Below are positions 52,770 to 63,327 of a DNA stretch of 64,000 nucleotides, one piece after another. Numbering within the stretch: the first letter of the stretch is position 1; each line of letters opens with the position of its first letter. The notes beneath the pieces are model-generated. The model was not told where the DNA came from, did not search any database, and saw only the letters and a list, made by a program, of their open reading frames with translations. Source of the stretch: Antedon mediterranea (taxonomy: Eukaryota; Animalia; Echinodermata). Both the position numbers and the translations under genes were made by a program. The stretch covers positions 9,392,201-9,456,200 of the forward strand of contig NC_092679.1 of assembly GCF_964355755.1 (NCBI RefSeq), given 5' to 3'.

Positions 52770-55590
52770 GAAAATCACAAAATGGTCTAAAACGTCTACA
52801 AATGCGATTTGAAGCTATTCTAAGCACTTTTGTGTTTTTATGTTAACAAGTTTTTTCGAAAATAACAAAATGGTCTAAAACGTCTGCAAATGCGATTTGA
52901 AGCTATTTTAAGCACTTTGGTGTTTTTGTGTTAACAAGTTTTTCGAAATGCTCAAAATGGTCTAAAACGTTTCCAAATGCGATTTGAAGCTATTCTGTAC
53001 ACTTTGATGTTTTGTGTGAAAATTTTCTGTCGAAATGCTCAAAATGGTCAAAAACGTTTTTAAATACGATATTAAGCTACTTTGTGCTCTTTGATGTTTT
53101 TGTGTGAAATGTTTTATCGAAATGCTCAAAATGGTTTAAAACGGTTTCTAATGTGATTTCAAGCACTTTGATGTTTTTGTGTAACCAAGTTTTTCGAAAA
53201 TCACAAAATTGTCTAAAACGTCTCCAAATGCGATTTGAAGCTATTCTGTACACTTTGGTGTTTTTATGTTAACAAGTTTTTTCGAAAATCACAAAATGGT
53301 CTAAAACGTCTCCAAATGCGATTTAAAGCTATTTTAAGCACTTTTGTGTTTTTGTGTTAACAAGTTTTTCGAAAATCACAAAATGGTCTAAAACGTTTCC
53401 AAATGCGATTTGAAGCTATTCTGTACACTTTGATGTTTTGTGTGAAAATTTTCTTTCGAAATGCTCAAAATGGTCAAAAACGTTTTTAAATACGATATTA
53501 AGCTACTTTGTGCTCTTTGATGTTTTTGTGTGAAATGTTTTATCGAAATGCTCAAAATGGTCTAAAACGGTTTCTAATGTGATTTCAAGCACTTTGATGT
53601 TTTTGTGTAACCAAGTTTTTCGAAAATCACAAAATTGTCTAAAACGTCTCCAAATGCGATTTGAAGCTATTCTGTACACTTTGATGTTTTTATGTTAACA
53701 AGTTTTTCGAAAATCACAAAATGGTCTAAAACGTCTCCAAATGCGATTTGAAGCTATTCTGTACACTTTGATGTTTTTATGTTAACAAGTTTTTCGAAAA
53801 TCACAAAATGGTCTAAAACGTCTCTAAATGCGATTTGAAGCTTTTCTGTACACTTTGATGTTTTTATGTTAACAACTTTTTTCGAAAATCACAAAATGGT
53901 CTAAAACGTCTACAAATGCGATTTGAAGCTATTCTAAGCACTTTTGTGTTTTTATGTTAACACGTTTTTTCGAAAATAACAAAATGGTCTAAAACGTCTG
54001 CAAATGCGATTTGAAGCTATTTTAAGCACTTTGGTGTTTTTGTGTTAACAAGTTTTTCGAAATGCTCAAAATGGTCTAAAACGTTTCCAAATGCGATTTG
54101 AAGCTATTCTGTACACTTTGATGTTTTGTGTGAAAATTTTCTGTCGAAATGCTCAAAATGGTCAAAAACGTTTTTAAATACGATATTAAGCTACTTTGTG
54201 CTCTTTGATGTTTTTGTGTGAAATGTTTTATCGAAATGCTCAAAATGGTTTAAAACGGTTTCTAATGTGATTTCAAGCACTTTGATGTTTTTGTGTAACC
54301 AAGTTTTTCGAAAATCACAAAATTGTCTAAAACGTCTCCAAATGCGATTTGAAGCTATTCTGTACACTTTGGTGTTTTTATGTTAACAAGTTTTTTCGAA
54401 AATCACAAAATGGTCTAAAACGTCTCCAAATGCGATTTAAAGCTATTTTAAGCACTTTTGTGTTTTTGTGTTAACAAGTTTTTCGAAAATCACAAAATGG
54501 TCTAAAACGTTTCCAAATGCGATTTGAAGCTATTCTGTACACTTTGATGTTTTGTGTGAAAATTTTCTTTCGAAATGCTCAAAATGGTCAAAAACGTTTT
54601 TAAATACGATATTAAGCTACTTTGTGCTCTTTGATGTTTTTGTGTGAAATGTTTTATCGAAATGCTCAAAATGGTCTAAAACGGTTTCTAATGTGATTTC
54701 AAGCACTTTGATGTTTTTGTGTAACCAAGTTTTTCGAAAATCACAAAATTGTCTAAAACGTCTCCAAATGCGATTTGAAGCTATTCTGTACACTTTGATG
54801 TTTTTATGTTAACAAGTTTTTCGAAAATCACAAAATGGTCTAAAACGTCTCCAAATGCGATTTGAAGCTATTCTGTACACTTTGATGTTTTTATGTTAAC
54901 AAGTTTTTCGAAAATCACAAAATGGTCTAAAACGTCTCTAAATGCGATTTGAAGCTTTTCTGTACACTTTGATGTTTTTATGTTAACAAGTTTTTTCGAA
55001 AATCACAAAATGGTCTAAAACGTCTCCAAATGCGATTTAAAGCTATTTTAAGCACTTTTGTGTTTTTGTGTTAACAAGTTTTTCGAAAATCACAAAATGG
55101 TCTAAAACGTTTCCAAATGCGATTTGAAGCTATTCTGTACACTTTGATGTTTTGTGTGAAAATTTTCTTTCGAAATGCTCAAAATGGTCAAAAACGTTTT
55201 TAAATACGATATTAAGCTACTTTGTGCTCTTTGATGTTTTTGTGTGAAATGTTTTATCGAAATGCTCAAAATGGTCTAAAACGGTTTCTAATGTGATTTC
55301 AAGCACTTTGATGTTTTTGTGTAACCAAGTTTTTCGAAAATCACAAAATTGTCTAAAACGTCTCCAAATGCGATTTGAAGCTATTCTGTACACTTTGATG
55401 TTTTTATGTTAACAAGTTTTTCGAAAATCACAAAATGGTCTAAAACGTCTCCAAATGCGATTTGAAGCTATTCTGTACACTTTGATGTTTTTATGTTAAC
55501 AAGTTTTTCGAAAATCACAAAATGGTCTAAAACGTCTCTAAATGCGATTTGAAGCTTTTCTGTACACTTTGATGTTTTTATGTTAACAAC
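52770..55590 (+). repeat. Nested tandem duplications, 1114-bp unit and 600-bp unit
   Basis: Offset 1114: markers 53014/54128 and 53440/54554, AATAACAAAA at 52864/53978, GGTTTAAAA at about 53136/54250. Offset 600: markers 54554/55154. Confidence 0.83.
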
Positions 55591-55629
55591 TTTTTTCGAA
55601 AATCACAAAATGGTCTAAAATGTCTCCAA

Positions 55630-58600
55630 ATGCGATTTGAAGCTATTCTAAGCACTTTGATGTTTTTATGTTACCAAGTTTTTTCGAAAATCACAAAATG
55701 GTCTAAAATGTCTCCAATAGCGATTTTAAGCTATTCTGTACACTTTGATGTTTTTATGTTAACAAGTTTTTCGAAAATCACAAAATGGTCTAAAACGTCT
55801 CCAAATGCGATTTTAAGCTATTCTAAGCACTTTGGTGTTTTTATGTTAACAAGTTTTTTTGAAAATCACAAAATGGTCTAAAACGTCTCTAAATGCGATT
55901 TGAAGCTTTTCTGTACACTTTGATGTTTTTATGTTAACAACTTTTTTCGAAAATCACAAAATGGTCTAAAATGTCTCCAAATGCGATTTGAAGCTATTCT
56001 AAGCACTTTGGTGTTTTTATGGAAACAATTTTTTTCGAAAATCACAAAATGGTCTAAAACGTCTCCAATAGCGATTTGAAGCTTTTCTGTACACTTTGGT
56101 GTTTTTATGTTAACAAGTTTTTTCGAAAATCACAAAATGGTCTAAAACGTCTCCAAATGCGATTTGAAGCTAATCTGTACACTTTGATGTTTTTATGTTA
56201 ACAAGTTTTTTCGAAGATCACAAAATGGTCTAAAACGTCTACAAATGCAATTTGAAGCTATTCTAAGCACTTTTGTGTTTTTATGTTAACAAGTTTTTTC
56301 GAAAATCACAAAATGGTCTAAAACGTCTGCAAATGCGATTTTAAACTATTCTTAGCACATTGGTGTTTTTATTTAAACAAATTTTTTCGAAACTCACAAA
56401 ATGGTCTAAAACGTCTCCAAATGCGATTTGAAGCTATTTTAAGCACTTTGGTGTTTTTGTGTTAACAAGTTTTTCGAAATGCTCAAAATGGTCTAAAACG
56501 TTTTTAAACACGATATTAAGCTATTTTGTGCTCTTTGGTGTTTTTTTGTGAAAAGTTTTAGCAAAATGCTCAAAATGGTCTAAAACGATTTCTAATGTGA
56601 TTTTAAGCACTTTGATGTTTTTATGTTAACTAGTTTTTTCGAAAATCACAAAATGGTCTAAAACGTCTCCAAATGCGATTTGAAGCTATTTTAAGCACTT
56701 AAGTGCTTTTGTGTAACCAAGTTTTTTTGAAAATCACAAAAGGGTCTAAAATGTCTCCAAATGTGATTTGAAGCTATTTTAAGCACTTTGGTGTTTTTGT
56801 GTTAACAAGTTTTTCGGAAATCACAAAATTGTCTAAAACGTCTCCAAATGCGATTTGAAGCTATTCTGTACACTTTGATGTTTTTATGTTAACAAGTTTT
56901 TTAGAAAATCACAAAATGGTCTAAAACATCTCCAAATGCGATTTAAAGCTATTTTAAGCACTTTGGTGTTTTTATGTTAACAAGTTTTTTCGAAAATCAC
57001 AAAATGGTCTAAAACGTCTCCAAATGCGATTTGAAGCTATTTTAAGCACTTTGGTGTTTTTGTGTTAACAAGTTTTTCGAAATGCTCAAAATGGTCTAAA
57101 ACGTTTCCAAATGCGATTTGAAGCTATTCTGTACACTTTGATGTTTTGTGTGAAAATTTTCTGTCGAAATGCTCAAAATGGTCAAAAACGTTTTTAAATA
57201 CGATATTAAGCTACTTTGTGCTCTTTGATGTTTTTGTGTGAAATGTTTTATCGAAATGCTCAAAATGGTCTAAAACGGTTTCTAATGTGATTTCAAGCAC
57301 TTTGATGTTTTTGTGTAACCAAGTTTTTCGAAAATCACAAAATTGTCTAAAACGTCTCCAAATGCGATTTGAAGCTATTCTGTACTCTTTGATGTTTTTA
57401 TGTTAACAAGTTTTTCGAAAATCACAAAATGGTCTAAAACGTCTCCAAATGCGATTTTAAGCTATTCTAAGCACTTTGGTGTTTTTATGTTAACAAGTTT
57501 TTTTGAAATCACAAAATGGTCTAAAACGTCTCTAAATGAGATTTGAAGCTTTTCTGTACATTTTGATGTTTTTATGTTAACAAGTTTTTTCGAAAATCAC
57601 AAAATGGTCTAAAATGTCTCCAAATGCGATTTGAAGCTATTCTAAGCACTTTGGTGTTTTTATGGAAACAATTTTTTTCGAAAATCACAAAATGGTCTAA
57701 AACGTCTCCAAATGTGATTTGAAGCTATTCTGTACACTTTGATGTTTTTATGTTAGCAAGTTTTTTCGAAAATCACAAAATGGTCTAAAACGTCTACAAA
57801 TGCGATTTGAAGCTAATCTGTACACTTTGATGTTTTTATGTTAACAAGTTTTTTCGAAAATCACAAAAGGGTCTAAAATGTCTGTAAATGCGATTTGAAG
57901 CTATTTAAAGCACTTTGGTGTTTTTAGGTTAACAAGTTTTTTCGAAAATCACAAAAGGGTCTAAAATGTCTGTAAATGCGATTTGAAGCTATTTAAAGCA
58001 CTTTGGTGTTTTTAGGTTAACAAGTTTTTTCGAAAATCACAAAATGGTCTAAAACGTCTACAAATGCGATTTGAAGCTATTCTAAGCACTTTTGTGTTTT
58101 TATGTTAACAAGTTTTTTCGAAAATCACAAAATGGTCTAAAATGTCTCCAAATGCGATTTGAAGCTATTCTAAGCACTTTGGTGTTTTTATGGAAACAAT
58201 TTTTTTCGAAAATCACAAAATGGTCTAAAACGTCTCCAAATGTGATTTGAAGCTATTCTGTACACTTTGATGTTTTTATGTTAGCAAGTTTTTTCGAAAA
58301 TCACAAAATGGTCTAAAACGTCTACAAATGCGATTTGTAGCTAATCTGTACACTTTGATGTTTTTATGTTAACAAGTTTTTTCGAAAATCACAAAAGGGT
58401 CTAAAATGTCTGTAAATGCGATTTGAAGCTATTTAAAGCACTTTGGTGTTTTTAGATTAACAAGTTTTTTCGAAAATCACAAAATGGTCTAAAACGTCTA
58501 CAAATGCGATTTGAAGCTATTCTAAGCACTTTTGTGTTTTTATGTTAACAAGTTTTTTCGAAAATCACAAAATGGTCTAAAACGTCTCCAAATGCGATTT

Positions 58601-61600
58601 GAAGCTATTTTAAGCACTTTGGTGTTTTTGTGTTAACAAGTTTTTCGAAAATCACAAAATGGTCTAAAACGTTTCCAAATGCGATTTGAAGCTATTCTGT
58701 ACACTTTGATGTTTTGTGTGAAAATTTTCTTTCGAAATGCTCAAAATGGTCAAAAACGTTTTTAAATACGATATTAAGCTACTTTGTGCTCTTTGATGTT
58801 TTTGTGTGAAATGTTTTATCGAAATGCTCAAAATGGTCTAAAACGGTTTCTAATGTGATTTCAAGCACTTTGATGTTTTTGTGTAACCAAGTTTTTCGAA
58901 AATCACAAAATTGTCTAAAACGTCTCCAAATGCGATTTGAAGCTATTCTGTACACTTTGATGTTTTTATGTTAACAAGTTTTTCGAAAATCACAAAATGG
59001 TCTAAAACGTCTCCAAATGCGATTTGAAGCTATTCTGTACACTTTGATGTTTTTATGTTAACAAGTTTTTCGAAAATCACAAAATGGTCTAAAACGTCTC
59101 TAAATGCGATTTGAAGCTTTTCTGTACACTTTAATGTTTTTATGTTAACTTTTTTCGAAAATCACAAAATGGTCTAAATTTTCTCCAAATGCGATTTGAA
59201 GCTATTCTAAGCACTTTGATGTTTTTATGTTAACAAGTTTTTTCGAAAATCACAAAATGGTCTAAAACGTCTCCAATAGCGATTTTAAGCTATTCTGTAC
59301 ACTTTGATGTTTTTATGTTAACAAGTTTTTCGAAAATCACAAAATGGTCTAAAATGCGATTTTAAGCTATTCTAAGCACTTTGGTGTTTTTATGTTAACA
59401 AGTTTTTTTGAAAATCACAAAATGGTCTAAAACGTCTCTAAATGCGATTTGAAGCTTTTCTGTACACTTTGATGTTTTTATGTTAACAACTTTTTTCGAA
59501 AATCACAAAATGGTCTAAAATGTCTCCAAATGCGATTTGAAGCTATTCTAAGCACTTTGGTGTTTTTATGGAAACAATTTTTTTCGAAAATCACAAAATG
59601 GTCTAAAACGTCTCCAATAGCGATTTGAAGCTTTTCTGTACACTTTGGTGTTTTTATGTTAACAAGTTTTTTCGAAAATCACAAAATGGTCTAAAACGTC
59701 TCCAAATGCGATTTGAAGCTAATCTGTACACTTTGATGTTTTTATGTTAACAAGTTTTTTCGAAAATCACAAAATGGTCTAAAACGTTTCAAAATGCGAT
59801 TTGAAGCTTTTCTTTACACTTTGGTGTTTTTATGTTAACAAGTTTTTTCGAAAATCACAAAATGGTCTAAAACGTCTCCAAATGCGATTTGAAGCTATTC
59901 TGTACACTTTGATGTTTTTATGTTAACAAGTTTTTTCGAAGATCACAAAATTGTCTAAAACGTCTACAAATGCAATTTGAAGCTATTCTAAACACTTTTG
60001 TGTTTTTATGTTAACAAGTTTTTTTCGAAAATCACAAAATGGTCTAAAACGTCTGCAAATGCGATTTTAAACTATTCTTAGCACATTGGTGTTTTTATTT
60101 AAACAAATTTATTCGAAACTCACAAAATGGTCTAAAACGTCTCCAAATGCGATTTGAAGCTATTTTAAGCACTTTGGTGTTTTTGTGTTAACAAGTTTTT
60201 CGAAATGCTCAAAATGGTCTAAAACGTTTTTAAACACGATATTAAGCTATTTTGTGCTCTTTGATGTTTTTTTGTGAAAAGTTTTAGCAAAATGCTCAAA
60301 ATGGTCTAAAACGATTTCTAATGTGATTTTAAGCACTTTGATGTTTTTATGTTAACTAGTTTTTTCGAAAATCACAAAATGGTCTAAAACGTCTCCAAAT
60401 GCGATTTGAAGCTATTTTAAGCACTTAGGTGCTTTTGTGTAACCAAGTTTTTTTGAAAATCACAAAAGGGTCTAAAATGTCTCCAAATGTGATTTGAAGC
60501 TATTTTAAGCACTTTGGTGTTTTTGTGTTAACAAGTTTTTCGGAAATCACAAAATTGTCTAAAACGTCTCCAAATGCGATTTGAAGCTATTCTGTACACT
60601 TTGATGTTTTTATGTTAACAAGTTTTTTAGAAAATCACAAAATGGTCTAAAACATCTCCAAATGCGATTTAAAGCTATTTTAAGCACTTTGGTGTTTTTA
60701 TGTTAACAAGTTTTTTCGAAAATCACAAAATGGTCTAAAACGTCTCCAAATGCGATTTGAAGCTATTTTAAGCACTTTGGTGTTTTTGTGTTAACAAGTT
60801 TTTCGAAATGCTCAAAATGGTCTAAAACGTTTCCAAATGCGATTTGAAGCTATTCTGTACACTTTGATGTTTTGTGTGAAAATTTTCTGTCGAAATGCTC
60901 AAAATGGTCAAAAACGTTTTTAATTACGATATTAAGCTACTTTGTGCTCTTTGATGTTTTTGTGTGAAATGTTTTATCGAAATGCTGAAAATGGTCTAAA
61001 ACGGTTTCTAATGTGATTTCAAGCACTTTGATGTTTTTGTGTAACCAAGTTTTTCGAAAATCACAAAATTGTCTAAAACGTCTCCAAATGCGATTTGAAG
61101 CTATTCTGTACTCTTTGATTTTTTTATTTTAACAAGTTTTTCGAAAATCACAAAATGGTCTAAAACGTCTCCAAATGCGATTTTAAGCTATTCTAAGCAC
61201 TTTGGTGTTTTTATGTTAACAAGTTTTTTTGAAAATCACAAAATGGTCTAAAACGTCTCTAAATGAGATTTGAAGCTTTTCTGTACACTTTGATGTTTTT
61301 ATGTTAACAAGTTTTTTCGAAAATCACAAAATGGTCTAAAATGTCTCCAAATGCGATTTGAAGCTATTCTAAGCACTTTGGTGTTTTTATGGAAACAATT
61401 TTTTTCGAAAATCACAAAATGGTCTAAAACGTCTCCAAATGTGATTTGAAGCTATTCTGTACACTTTGATGTTTTTATGTTAACAAGTTTTTTCGAAAAT
61501 CACAAAATGGTCTAAAACGTCTACAAATGCGATTTGAAGCTATACTGTACACTTTGATGCTTTTATGTTAACAAGTTTTTTCGAAAATCACAAAATGGTC

Positions 61601-61900
61601 TAAAACGTTTCCAAATGCGATTTGAAGCTATTCTGTACACTTTGATGTTTTGTGTGAAAATTTTCTGTCGAAATGCTCAAAATGGTCAAAAACGTTTTTA
61701 AATACGATATTAAGCTACTTTGTGCTCTTTGATGTTTTTGTGTGAAATGTTTTATCGAAATGCTCAAAATGGTCTAAAACGGTTTCTAATGTGATTTCAA
61801 GCACTTTGATGTTTTTGTGTAACCAAGTTTTTCGAAAATCACAAAATTGTCTAAAACGTCTCCAAATGAGATTTGAAGCTATTCTGTACACTTTGATGTT
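55630..61900 (+). repeat. Third copy of about 4630-10900 (offset 50999 from copy 1, 24750 from copy 2)
   Basis: Markers 6149/57148, 7717/58716, 9875/60874, 10653/61652; private variants 5701/56700 and the 10-bp deletion at 8356/59355. Confidence 0.88.
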
Positions 61901-62007
61901 TTTATGTTAACAAGTTTTTCGAAAATCACAAAATGGTCTAAAACGTCTCTAAATGAGATTTGAAGCTTTTCTGTACATTTTGATGTTTTTATGTTAACAA
62001 GTTTTTT

Positions 62008-63327
62008 CGAAAATCACAAAATGGTCTAAAATGTCTCCAAATGCGATTTGAAGCTATTCTAAGCACTTTGGTGTTTTTATGGAAACAATTTTTTTCGAAA
62101 ATCACAAAATGGTCTAAAACGTCTCCAAATGTGATTTGAAGCTATTCTGTACACTTTGATGTTTTTATGTTAGCAAGTTTTTTCGAAAATCACAAAATGG
62201 TCTAAAACGTCTACAAATGCGATTTGAAGCTAATCTGTACACTTTGATGTTTTTATGTTAACAAGTTTTTTCGAAAATCACAAAAGGGTCTAAAATGTCT
62301 GTAAATGCGATTTGAAGCTATTTAAAGCACTTTGGTGTTTTTAGGTTAACAAGTTTTTTCGAAAATCACAAAATGGTCTAAAACGTCTACAAATGCGATT
62401 TGAAGCTATTCTAAGCACTTTTGTGTTTTTATGTTAACAAGTTTTTTCGAAAATCACAAAATGGTCTAAAATGTCTCCAAATGCGATTTGAAGCTATTCT
62501 AAGCACTTTGGTGTTTTTATGGAAACAATTTTTTTCGAAAATCACAAAATGGTCTAAAACGTCTCCAAATGTGATTTGAAGCTATTCTGTACACTTTGAT
62601 GTTTTTATGTTAGCAAGTTTTTTCGAAAATCACAAAATGGTCTAAAACGTCTACAAATGCGATTTGAAGCTAATCTGTACACTTTGATGTTTTTATGTTA
62701 ACAAGTTTTTTCGAAAATCACAAAAGGGTCTAAAATGTCTGTAAATGCGATTTGAAGCTATTTAAAGCACTTTGGTGTTTTTAGGTTAACAAGTTTTTTC
62801 GAAAATCACAAAATGGTCTAAAACGTCTACAAATGCGATTTGAAGCTATTCTAAGCACTTTTGTGTTTTTATGTTAACAAGTTTTTTCGAAAATCACAAA
62901 ATGGTCTAAAATGTCTCCAAATGCGATTTGAAGCTATTCTAAGCACTTTGGTGTTTTTATGGAAACAATTTTTTTCGAAAATCACAAAATGGTCTAAAAC
63001 GTCTCCAAATGTGATTTGAAGCTATTCTGTACACTTTGATGTTTTTATGTTAGCAAGTTTTTTCGAAAATCACAAAATGGTCTAAAACGTCTACAAATGC
63101 GATTTGAAGCTAATCTGTACACTTTGATGTTTTTATGTTAACAAGTTTTTTCGAAAATCACAAAAGGGTCTAAAATGTCTGTAAATGCGATTTGAAGCTA
63201 TTTAAAGCACTTTGGTGTTTTTAGATTAACAAGTTTTTTCGAAAATCACAAAATGGTCTAAAACGTCTACAAATGCGATTTGAAGCTATTCTAAGCACTT
63301 TTGTGTTTTTATGTTAACAAGTTTTTT
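62008..63327 (+). repeat. 5-monomer HOR (440 bp), three tandem copies
   Basis: GGGTCTAAAATGTCTGTAAA at 62286, 62726 and 63166. Two-copy versions occur at 14321/14761, 22196/22636, 24536/24976, 40570/41010 and 42823/43263. Confidence 0.9.

Noticed and set aside
4631-55881. Six near-identical 83-aa ORFs (4631, 11906, 19269, 30880, 38155, 55630)
   Set aside because: They are translations of about three satellite monomers, open only because a TTAAC>TTACC variant removes a stop. They have no recognisable domain or gene context, and their spacing simply tracks the duplication offsets.
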